Assembly: GCF_001598795.1 (NCBI RefSeq)
Contig: NZ_BCZP01000009.1
Coordinates: 1-32,000 of the forward strand
Length of the DNA stretch: 32,000 nucleotides
From: Delftia acidovorans NBRC 14950
Lineage (GTDB): Bacteria; Pseudomonadota; Gammaproteobacteria; Burkholderiales; Burkholderiaceae_C
Direction of reading: 5' to 3'
The notes beneath the pieces are model-generated. The model worked only from the letters and a program-made list of their open reading frames with translations. It searched no databases and had not been told where the DNA came from. The stretch's first letter is position 1; the number at the start of each line of letters is the position of its first letter. This document shows positions 9,102 to 17,177 of the stretch, one piece after another. The position numbers and the translations under genes were made by a program.

Positions 9102-9143
9102 AATAAAAATGCTGCTAGGGCTTGTTGATCAAGCGCTAGCAGC
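9102..9143 (-). terminator. Rho-independent terminator of the two-component operon
   Basis: Extended hairpin GCTGCTAG-G-GCTTG-TTGAT-CAAGC-G-CTAGCAGC (9111-9143). On the minus strand it is followed by ATTTTTATT. Confidence 0.8.
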
Positions 9144-9171
9144 TCTTTGAAAAAAGCGGTGGTGTCTGGGC

Positions 9172-9822
9172 TTATCCGGCGACGGCTGCCTTGGCCGCTG
9201 CAGCGGTCTGGCCCTGGCCCAGGGCGATCTTGAGCAGATCGGCCACGGTGTTGGCGTTGAGCTTTTCCATGATGTTGGCGCGGTGCGCCTCCACCGTCTT
9301 GATGCTGATGCCAAGATCGTCGGCGATCTGCTTGTTCAGCCGGCCGGCGACGATGCGCTCCAGCACCTGGGCTTCACGGCTGGTCAGCTTGGCCAGCAGC
9401 GCGTCGCGGCTGGCGGCCTGCTGGTGGCCGGCAAAGGCTTCGCGGGCATGGTCCAGCATGCGCTCGACCAGGTTCAGCAGGTCCTCTTCGTTGAACGGCT
9501 TCTGGATGAAGTCCAGTGCGCCCTTCTTCATGGTGTTCACCGCCATGGGCACGTCGCCATGGCCGGTGATGAAGACGATGGGCAGGGGGGACTTGCGTTC
9601 AATCAGGCGGTCCTGCAGTTCCAGGCCCGTCATGCCGCCCATGCGGATGTCGACGATGAGGCAGGCGATCTCGCGTGGGTCGTAGCGCGAGAGGAAGGTC
9701 TCGGCCGAGTCGAAGCAGCGCACACGATAGTCCTTGCCCTCCAACAACCATTGCAACGAATCACGAACCGCTTCGTCGTCATCAACTACGTACACAGTGC
9801 CTTTTTTCGGGATCAAGCTCAT
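9172..9822 (-). CDS. Response regulator, FixJ/LuxR (NarL) family
   Basis: Receiver domain [14 protein letters not shown] ... [12 protein letters not shown] ... FIQKPF. C-terminal Lux[47 protein letters not shown]. The start overlaps the kinase stop by 4 nt (ATGA). Confidence 0.93.
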   Translation of the reverse strand: MSLIPKKGTVYVVDDDEAVRDSLQWLLEGKDYRVRCFDSAETFLSRYDPREIACLIVDIRMGGMTGLELQDRLIERKSPLPIVFITGHGDVPMAVNTMKKGALDFIQKPFNEEDLLNLVERMLDHAREAFAGHQQAASRDALLAKLTSREAQVLERIVAGRLNKQIADDLGISIKTVEAHRANIMEKLNANTVADLLKIALGQGQTAAAAKAAVAG

Positions 9823-12392
9823 GCAATCGTCCTTGTTGTGGGTTCAATGGTCGCTGCCGGCGTTGTCGCGTCGCCCGGCGGGGCCAGCGGCAGCCAGAAT
9901 GAAAACCGGCAGCCGACAACCTCGGAACCATTGTAGAGGTTCTCGGCACGCATCCGGCCCTGGTGGGACTCGACAATGCTGCGGCACAGATTCAGCCCCA
10001 TGCCCATGCCTTCGCTCTTGGTGGTGAAGAAGGCCTCGAAGAGGCGTTCCAGCACCTCGGGCGGCAGGCCCTTGCCGGTGTCCTGCACGTTGAATTCGAT
10101 GACGCGCTGGTCCTCGATGGTGCGCGGTACCACGCGCAGCTCCACATTGCGCTGGTGGCTGGGGCGGCCCGACTGCTCGATGGATTCGGCGCCGTTCTTC
10201 ATGAGGTTGACCAGCACCTGCTCGATGAGGATGGTGTCGGCCATGATGGCCGGCATGCGCTCGGCCACGTGGTAGGTCAGCTGCACATTGCGGCGGCGCA
10301 GCTCGATCCCGGCCAGCTCCACGGCCTCGCTGACCATGTCGGTGACCTGGGCCAGGGTGCGGTTGGGCTCGCTGCGCTTGACGAAGGAGCGTATGCGCAA
10401 AATGATCTGCCCCGCGCGCTGCGCCTGGTGGGCGGTTTTCTCCAGCGCGAACTTCATCTGCTCTTCGGTCAGCGTGCCCTTTTCGAGCCGGGTGAGCATG
10501 CCGCTGCAGTAGTTGCTGATGGCGGTCAGCGGCTGGTTGAGCTCATGGGCGACGCTGGAGGCCATCTCGCCCATGGTGATCAGGCGGCTGACGGACTGGG
10601 CGTGCTCGGCCTGGCGATCGGCCTGCTCCTCGGCCAGGCGGCGCGGCGTGATGTCGGTGGCGATCACCATTTGGGCCAGGCGGCCGTCCACCCAGCTCAG
10701 GTAGCGCGATCGCACTTCCAGCCACTTGCCCAGTTCCGGCAGGTAGATCTCGGCGTTTTCGCTGCGTGCGCTGGTCAGCGAGTCGGTGGGCAGGCCCATG
10801 AGGCCATCCTCGTCGTCCATGCCTTGCGGCTGCGAGCGCACGGGCAGCACGCCGGCCTGGGCGACGAGCTGCAGGTGGCCGTCGGTCTGCGAGCCGAACC
10901 ACTGCCGGTACAGCTTGTTGGCGAACAGCAGCTCGGCGCTGCCCAGCGGGGCGACGGACACCGAGGCGTCCAGCGCCTCCAGCACGATGGTGAAGCGCTC
11001 GTAGGAGGCGGACAGTTGCTCGCGGATGCGGTTGGGCTCGGTGATGTCGGTCATGGACGACATCCAGCCCGTGTGCTGGCCATGGGCGTCGATCAGCGGC
11101 GAGACATACAGGCGCGCATCGAACTGCGTGCCGTTCTTGCGCTGCACGCGCACCTGAAAGCCCCCGACGATGGTCTTGCCCGAAAGCTCTTCGCGCAGCT
11201 TGGAGTGCAGGTTGTCGTAGTCGTTGTCGGGCCAGTAGGAGTAGGGCGGCATCTGGCCGACCAGCTCTGATTCGCTCCAGCCCGTCATCTGGCAGAAGGC
11301 GGCATTCACATAGGTGATGCGGCCTTGCAGGTCCAGCGCGCGCATGCCGGTGAGCACGGAGTTTTCCATGGCGCGGCGGAAGTTTGTCTCTGCGACCAGG
11401 GCCTCCTGGGCGCGCTGGCGGCGGCGCGTGTGGCGCCAGGTGGCCAGCAGCAGCCAGGCCGTCATCGCACTGAGCGTACCCACCAGCCAGAACAGGCCGC
11501 TGCCGACCACGCCCAGCGAGGTGCGATAGGCCTGGGCACGCAGCACCAGGCTGTTGCCAACGGGAGCGACGGGGGCCTCGTCCTCGTTGGCAACGGTGCG
11601 CCAGCGCAGCAGTTCGGTGGCGGTCTGCTTGCGCGGCGTCAGCGGCGTGCCTGCCAGCACCTGGCCCCGGCTGTCGAGCATGGTCATGGCGTAGCGGGCC
11701 ATGATTTCGGTGGGCGTTCCATAGCGCAGCAGGCTGTCGATGGAGTACTCGCCCAGCAGCTCGCCGATGTAGCGGCCGTCCTGTGCCAGCGGCACATGCA
11801 GTTGCAGCAGCGGCGCGGCTTCCCCCTTGTGGGCCAGTCCCTGCACGTAGATGGGTTGCTGCATCTCGCGCGCGAGCTGGTAGGCCTCCAGCGCGTCTCC
11901 GGCGCGCAGCACTTCACGCGGGATGCGCAGCTGCTCGCTGCTCACGGTGGGGGCGGACTGGCTGGCCAGGATGCGCCGCTGTGCATCGATCCAGGTGATG
12001 GACTGCAGTTCCGGGTACTGGCTGATGAGTGCTTCGGCGCGGCTGGCGAAGTCGGACTCGCCCAAGTCGTGGTTGCCGATGTCGCGCGCCATGCGCATCA
12101 GTTGCTCCTGGCGCTCGAGCAGGCGCAGGCGCACGCGTTGCTGGGCATATTCCACGTCGCGGTGCAGCGCTTCCTTCTCGCGGTCTATCTCCTCCATGCG
12201 CAGGTACCAGAAGGAGGCCACGATGGCCGCCATGAACATCAGTACGGCCGCGAGGGGGGCGAGCGCCGCGAAGCGGTCCTGGCGCGTGGGAGAAAGACTG
12301 CGCCACCAGCTGCGCCACCAGCGCACTGGCGCGGCCACGCCTGCCATGGGGGCAGGGCTGTGCGTGCCGTGCTCGGAAGGGGAGGATTGCAT
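9819..12392 (-). CDS. Sensor histidine kinase: two TM segments flanking a ~230 aa periplasmic region, two PAS domains, HisKA and HATPase_c
   Basis: TM segments FAALAPLAAVLMFMAAIVASFWYL and LFWLVGTLSAMTAWLLLATW. PAS-like regions NSVLTGMRALDLQGRITYVNAAFCQMTGWSESELVG and ERFTIVLEALDASVSVA. H-box MASSVAHELNQPLTAISNY, N-box LVNLMKNGAESI, G-boxes VQDTGKGL and GMGMGLNLCRSIV. Start ATG 12392 lacks a clear SD, so the 5' end is uncertain. Confidence 0.9.
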   Translation of the reverse strand: MQSSPSEHGTHSPAPMAGVAAPVRWWRSWWRSLSPTRQDRFAALAPLAAVLMFMAAIVASFWYLRMEEIDREKEALHRDVEYAQQRVRLRLLERQEQLMRMARDIGNHDLGESDFASRAEALISQYPELQSITWIDAQRRILASQSAPTVSSEQLRIPREVLRAGDALEAYQLAREMQQPIYVQGLAHKGEAAPLLQLHVPLAQDGRYIGELLGEYSIDSLLRYGTPTEIMARYAMTMLDSRGQVLAGTPLTPRKQTATELLRWRTVANEDEAPVAPVGNSLVLRAQAYRTSLGVVGSGLFWLVGTLSAMTAWLLLATWRHTRRRQRAQEALVAETNFRRAMENSVLTGMRALDLQGRITYVNAAFCQMTGWSESELVGQMPPYSYWPDNDYDNLHSKLREELSGKTIVGGFQVRVQRKNGTQFDARLYVSPLIDAHGQHTGWMSSMTDITEPNRIREQLSASYERFTIVLEALDASVSVAPLGSAELLFANKLYRQWFGSQTDGHLQLVAQAGVLPVRSQPQGMDDEDGLMGLPTDSLTSARSENAEIYLPELGKWLEVRSRYLSWVDGRLAQMVIATDITPRRLAEEQADRQAEHAQSVSRLITMGEMASSVAHELNQPLTAISNYCSGMLTRLEKGTLTEEQMKFALEKTAHQAQRAGQIILRIRSFVKRSEPNRTLAQVTDMVSEAVELAGIELRRRNVQLTYHVAERMPAIMADTILIEQVLVNLMKNGAESIEQSGRPSHQRNVELRVVPRTIEDQRVIEFNVQDTGKGLPPEVLERLFEAFFTTKSEGMGMGLNLCRSIVESHQGRMRAENLYNGSEVVGCRFSFWLPLAPPGDATTPAATIEPTTRTIA

Positions 12393-12501
12393 GCGCCCAG
12401 TGTAGGGGAGAGTCTGACTGTTTTTAAGGAGTATTGGAGTCGCCGCCGAGGCGCTTCGGCGACGTTCTTTGGGGTCTTCACTGTATGTGCGTTTGCAGCA
12501 A

Positions 12502-12540
12502 AATTTCAAATTATGAAATCAAAAAGCACCATTTGAAATT
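12502..12540. promoter_or_regulatory. Perfect 10 bp inverted repeat AATTTCAAAT-N19-ATTTGAAATT inside an AT-rich island between the sensor kinase gene and aceE (candidate operator or promoter element)
   Basis: Read directly: 12502-12511 AATTTCAAAT and 12531-12540 ATTTGAAATT are exact reverse complements. TGAAAT also recurs as a direct repeat at 12514 and 12534 (20 bp apart). The surrounding 12490-12560 is strikingly AT-rich in an otherwise ~65% GC window. Confidence 0.45.
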
Positions 12541-12712
12541 CGAAAAAAGTATGCGACACTCGCCGAGCATTGAGGCAGTGAATCGGTATTTTCAAGTTCG
12601 CCAGACAGGGTCTGTGCCGCGCAAGGCGTGGTGAACTACCCGCCTGCGTTGGCGCGCTGCGCCGCTCACTGGTTCGACCCCAAGACGCTACCTTCTGCAA
12701 GGAGACATTCCC

Positions 12713-15430
12713 ATGACAGCTCAGACTGACCCGCAAGGCAATGCAGGCGTTCCCGCCGGCCTGGACCAACAAGAATCGCGCGAATGGATGGACGCCCTGT
12801 CGGCCGTCATCGACCGTGAAGGCGCCGAATACGCGCACAAGCTGATCGAGGACCTGCTCGAACACGCACGCCAGAACAGCGTGGACATGCCTTTCTCGGC
12901 CAACACCGGCTATGTGAACACCATCGAGACCTCGCAGGAAGCCCGCTGTCCCGGCAACCTGGAAATCGAAGGCCGTCTGCGCGCCTACATGCGCTGGAAT
13001 GCCATGGCCATGGTGGTCAAGGCCAACCGCCTGCACCCGCCCGAAGGCGGTGACCTGGGCGGCCACATCGGCTCCTTCGCTTCGCTGGCCAACATGTTCG
13101 CGGCCGGCTTCAACCATTTCTGGCACGCCGAAAACGAGAACCACGGCGGCGACTGCCTGTACATCCAGGGCCACGTCTCGCCCGGCATCTATGCCCGCGC
13201 CTACCTGGAAGGCCGCATTTCCGAAGAGCAGCTGCTGAACTTCCGCCAGGAAGTGGACGGCAAGGGCCTGTCCAGCTACCCGCACCCCAAGCTGATGCCC
13301 GAGTTCTGGCAGTTCCCCACGGTGTCCATGGGCCTGGGCCCGCTGATGGCCATCTACCAGGCGCGCTTCCTCAAGTACCTGCATGCCCGTGGCATTGCCG
13401 ACACCGAAAGCCGCAAGGTCTGGGTGTTCTGCGGCGACGGCGAAATGGACGAGGTCGAGTCGCTGGGCGCGATCTCGCTGGCCGCGCGCGAAAAGCTGGA
13501 CAACCTGATCTTCGTGATCAACTGCAACCTGCAGCGCCTGGACGGCCCGGTGCGCGGCAACGGCAAGATCATCCAGGAACTCGAAGGCGAGTTCCGCGGC
13601 TCCGGCTGGAACGTCATCAAGCTGCTGTGGGGCAAGGGCTGGGACGAGCTGCTGGCCAAGGACAAGGACGGCGTGCTCAAGAAGATCATGGCCGAGTGCA
13701 ACGACGGCGACTACCAGTCGTTCAAGGCCAATGACGGCGCCTACGTGCGCAAGAACTTCTTCGGCCGCGACCCGCGCGCGCTGAAGATGGTCGAGCATAT
13801 GAGCGACGACGAGATCTGGAACCTGCGCCGCGGCGGCCACGATTCGCAGAAGGTCTACGCAGCCTTCCACGCTGCCAATTCGCACAAGGGCCAACCCACC
13901 GTGCTGCTGGTCAAGACCGTCAAGGGCTTCGGCATGGGCAAGATCGGTGAAGGCAAGAACACCGTTCACCAGACCAAGAAGCTGGGCGACGAGGACATCA
14001 AGGCCTTCCGCGACCGTTTCAACATTCCCATTCCCGACAGCCAGATCGCCGACCTGCCTTTCTACAAGCCGGCCGACGACACTCCGGAAATGCGCTACCT
14101 GCACGAGCGCCGCAAGGCCCTGGGCGGCTACCTGCCGCACCGCCGCGTGAAGGCTAGCGAGCAATTCACGGCGCCTGCGCTGGATACCTTCAAGGCCATC
14201 CTTGAAGCCACGCCCGAAGGCCGTGAGATCTCGACCACCCAGGCCTATGTGCGCTTCCTCACGCAGCTGCTGCGCGACAAGGAAATCGGCCCGCGCGTCG
14301 TGCCCATCCTGGTGGACGAGGCCCGTACCTTCGGCATGGAAGGCCTGTTCCGCCAGATCGGCATCTACAACCCCGCTGGACAGCAGTACACCCCGGTCGA
14401 CAAGGACCAGGTGATGTACTACCGCGAGGACAAGGCCGGCCAGATCCTGCAGGAAGGCATCAACGAAGCCGGCGGCATGAGCAGCTGGATCGCGGCAGCC
14501 ACGAGCTACAGCACGAGCAACCGGATCATGATCCCGTTCTACGTGTACTACTCGATGTTTGGCTTCCAGCGCATCGGTGACCTGGCCTGGGCGGCCGGCG
14601 ACATGCAGGCGCGCGGCTTCCTGCTGGGCGGCACTTCGGGCCGCACCACGCTGAACGGCGAAGGCCTGCAGCACGAAGACGGCCACAGCCACATCCTGGC
14701 CAACACCATTCCCAACTGCGTGAGCTACGACCCGACCTTCGCCCACGAAGTCGCCGTGATCATGCAGGACGGCCTGCGCCGCATGGTGCAGAACCAGGAA
14801 AACGTCTTCTACTACATCACGCTGCTCAACGAGAACTACGCCATGCCCGGCCTCACGCCCGGCACCGAGCAGCAGATCATCAAGGGCATGTACCTGTGCA
14901 AGCCCGGCCAGAAGGTGCCGGAAAGCGGCCTGCGCGTGCAACTGCTGGGTTCGGGCACCATCCTGCGCGAATCCTTCTTCGCCCAGGAACTGCTGCTGGC
15001 CGACTGGGGCATTGCCGCCGACGTGTGGAGCTGCCCGAGCTTCAACGAGCTCACCCGCGACGGCCAGGACGCCGACCGCTGGAACCTGCTGCATCCGCTG
15101 GACACCCAGAAGGTGCCCTTCGTCACGCAGCAGCTGCAGTCGCACAATGGCCCGGTGATCGCATCCACCGACTACATGAAGGCCTACGCCGAGCAGATCC
15201 GCCCCTACATGCCCAAGGGCCGCACCTACAAGGTGCTGGGCACCGACGGCTTCGGCCGCTCGGACTTCCGCCGCAAGCTGCGCGAGCACTTCGAAGTGGA
15301 TCGCCACTACATCGTGGTTGCCGCACTGCGCGCGCTGGCCGAAGAAGGCAAGATCAACGCCACCACCGTGGCCGAAGCGATCGCCAAGTACGGCATCAAG
15401 GCCGACAAGATCAACCCGCTGCACGCTTGA
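12713..15430 (+). CDS. aceE: Pyruvate dehydrogenase E1 component (homodimeric AceE type)
   Basis: 905 aa; ATG 12713 is preceded by AAGGAGA. The TPP-binding region is CGDGEMDEVESLGAISLAAREKLDNLIFVINCNLQRLDGPVRGN. Length and sequence are typical of AceE. Confidence 0.96.
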   Translation: MTAQTDPQGNAGVPAGLDQQESREWMDALSAVIDREGAEYAHKLIEDLLEHARQNSVDMPFSANTGYVNTIETSQEARCPGNLEIEGRLRAYMRWNAMAMVVKANRLHPPEGGDLGGHIGSFASLANMFAAGFNHFWHAENENHGGDCLYIQGHVSPGIYARAYLEGRISEEQLLNFRQEVDGKGLSSYPHPKLMPEFWQFPTVSMGLGPLMAIYQARFLKYLHARGIADTESRKVWVFCGDGEMDEVESLGAISLAAREKLDNLIFVINCNLQRLDGPVRGNGKIIQELEGEFRGSGWNVIKLLWGKGWDELLAKDKDGVLKKIMAECNDGDYQSFKANDGAYVRKNFFGRDPRALKMVEHMSDDEIWNLRRGGHDSQKVYAAFHAANSHKGQPTVLLVKTVKGFGMGKIGEGKNTVHQTKKLGDEDIKAFRDRFNIPIPDSQIADLPFYKPADDTPEMRYLHERRKALGGYLPHRRVKASEQFTAPALDTFKAILEATPEGREISTTQAYVRFLTQLLRDKEIGPRVVPILVDEARTFGMEGLFRQIGIYNPAGQQYTPVDKDQVMYYREDKAGQILQEGINEAGGMSSWIAAATSYSTSNRIMIPFYVYYSMFGFQRIGDLAWAAGDMQARGFLLGGTSGRTTLNGEGLQHEDGHSHILANTIPNCVSYDPTFAHEVAVIMQDGLRRMVQNQENVFYYITLLNENYAMPGLTPGTEQQIIKGMYLCKPGQKVPESGLRVQLLGSGTILRESFFAQELLLADWGIAADVWSCPSFNELTRDGQDADRWNLLHPLDTQKVPFVTQQLQSHNGPVIASTDYMKAYAEQIRPYMPKGRTYKVLGTDGFGRSDFRRKLREHFEVDRHYIVVAALRALAEEGKINATTVAEAIAKYGIKADKINPLHA

Positions 15431-15449
15431 GTAAGAACGGGAGACACAT

Positions 15450-17162
15450 ATGGCATTGGTAGAAATTCAAGTCCCCGATATCGGTGATTTCGACGAAGTT
15501 GCTGTGATCGAAGTGCTGGTCAAGGCCGGCGATCAGATCAAGGCCGAGCAATCGCTGATCACAGTGGAGTCCGACAAGGCCTCCATGGAGATCCCCTCCA
15601 GCCACGCTGGCGTGCTCAAGGAGCTGCGCGTCAACATGGGCGACAAGGTCAAGCAGGGCAGCATCATTGCCGTGGTCGAGTCGGCGGAAGCCGCTGCCCC
15701 GGCACCTGCAGCCGCCGCACCGGCCCCCGCCGCTGCAGCCCCAGCCCCGGTGGCTGCGCCTGCACCGGCCGCTGCTCCCGCTGCCGCGCCTGCGGCCTCG
15801 GGCGCCGCCACGCAGATCGACATCAAGATTCCCGACATTGGCGACTTCAAGGACGTGGCCGTGATCGAGATGCTGGTCAAGGTTGGTGACAGCGTGACGG
15901 CCGAGCAATCGCTGTTCACCGTCGAATCCGACAAGGCCTCGATGGAAATCCCGTCGCCAGCGGCCGGCACCATCACGGCGCTGACGCTCAAGATCGGTGA
16001 CACGGTCAACGTGGGCGACGTGGTCGGCCAGATGAGCGTGCAGGGCGCTGCCGCGCCTGCAGCCCAGGCTGCGGCCCCGGCACCTGCTGCTGCAGCCCCT
16101 GCACCGGCAACTGCTGCCCCTGCACCGGCAACTGCTGCCCCGGCCGCTGCAGCTCCGGTGGCTGCCGCTGCAGCATCGGCTCCCGCCGCTGCGCCTGCGC
16201 ACAACCCCACCGTGGCGCCCACGGGCAAGCTGCCCCATGCATCGCCCTCGGTACGCAAGTTCGCCCGCGAGCTGGGTGTGCCGCTGGACGAGGTCAAGGG
16301 CTCGGGCAACAAGGGCCGCATCACGGCCGACGACATCCAGGCTTTCACCAAGTCCGTCATGGCGGGTGCCGTACAGACCAAGGCCCAGGCCGCGACCGCT
16401 CCCAAGGGTGGCTCCGGCGGCGGCGCAGGTCTGGACCTGCTGCCCTGGCCCAAGGTGGACTTCGCCAAGTTCGGCCCGGTCGAGCGCAAGGACCTGTCGC
16501 GCATCAAGAAGATCAGCGGCGCCAACCTGTCGCGCAACTGGGTCATGATCCCGCACGTCACCAACAATGACGAGGCCGACATCACCGACCTGGAAGCCTT
16601 CCGTGTCTCCACCAACAAGGAGAACGAGAAGAGCGGCGTCAAGGTGACCATGCTGGCCTTCGTGATCAAGGCGGTGGTTGCGGCGCTCAAGAAGTTCCCC
16701 GAGTTCAATGCCTCGCTGGACGGCGACACCCTGGTCTACAAGCAGTACTTCCACGTTGGCTTTGCGGCCGACACGCCCAACGGCCTGGTGGTCCCCGTGC
16801 TGCGCGATGCCGACAAGAAGGGCATCCTGCAGATCAGTCAGGAAATGGGCGAGCTGGCCAAGAAGGCCCGCGACGGCAAGCTCGGCGCTGCCGACATGCA
16901 GGGCGGCTGCTTCTCGATCTCGTCGCTGGGCGGCATCGGTGGCACGAACTTCACCCCCATCATCAACGCCCCTGAAGTGGCCATCCTCGGCTTGTCCAAG
17001 GGCCAGATGAAGCCGGTGTGGGATGGCAAGCAATTCGTGCCGCGCCTGACGCTGCCGCTGTCGCTGTCCTATGACCACCGCGTCATCGACGGTGCCTCGG
17101 CCGCGCGCTTCAATGCCTTCCTGGGCCAAGTGCTGGCGGACTACCGCCGCATCCTGCTGTAA
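15450..17162 (+). CDS. aceF: Dihydrolipoyllysine-residue acetyltransferase (PDH E2): two lipoyl domains, E3-binding domain, catalytic domain
   Basis: Two lipoyl motifs, [13 protein letters not shown] and [13 protein letters not shown], are separated by Ala/Pro linkers. The subunit-binding domain is ASPSVRKFARELGVPLDEVKGSGNKGRIT and the catalytic motif is SYDHRVIDGA. The RBS is GGGAGA. Confidence 0.96.
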   Translation: MALVEIQVPDIGDFDEVAVIEVLVKAGDQIKAEQSLITVESDKASMEIPSSHAGVLKELRVNMGDKVKQGSIIAVVESAEAAAPAPAAAAPAPAAAAPAPVAAPAPAAAPAAAPAASGAATQIDIKIPDIGDFKDVAVIEMLVKVGDSVTAEQSLFTVESDKASMEIPSPAAGTITALTLKIGDTVNVGDVVGQMSVQGAAAPAAQAAAPAPAAAAPAPATAAPAPATAAPAAAAPVAAAAASAPAAAPAHNPTVAPTGKLPHASPSVRKFARELGVPLDEVKGSGNKGRITADDIQAFTKSVMAGAVQTKAQAATAPKGGSGGGAGLDLLPWPKVDFAKFGPVERKDLSRIKKISGANLSRNWVMIPHVTNNDEADITDLEAFRVSTNKENEKSGVKVTMLAFVIKAVVAALKKFPEFNASLDGDTLVYKQYFHVGFAADTPNGLVVPVLRDADKKGILQISQEMGELAKKARDGKLGAADMQGGCFSISSLGGIGGTNFTPIINAPEVAILGLSKGQMKPVWDGKQFVPRLTLPLSLSYDHRVIDGASAARFNAFLGQVLADYRRILL

Positions 17163-17177
17163 ACGGAGGCCCGACAC

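Noticed and set aside
5396-9106. Plus-strand ORFs of 635 aa (5396..7303) and 600 aa (7304..9106).
   Set aside because: They are antisense shadows of prlC and folD (and of the Grx-like gene). Their composition is typical of shadow ORFs, and the minus-strand products have unambiguous catalytic motifs.
9963-12536. Plus-strand ORFs of 435 aa and 403 aa opposite the sensor kinase gene.
   Set aside because: These are shadow ORFs. The kinase on the minus strand shows complete H, N and G boxes and PAS motifs.
12434-12634. 66 aa ORF inside the AT-rich aceE upstream region (possible leader peptide).
   Set aside because: It has no SD and an atypical composition, and it spans the AT-rich promoter island. 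It is more simply explained as non-coding control DNA.
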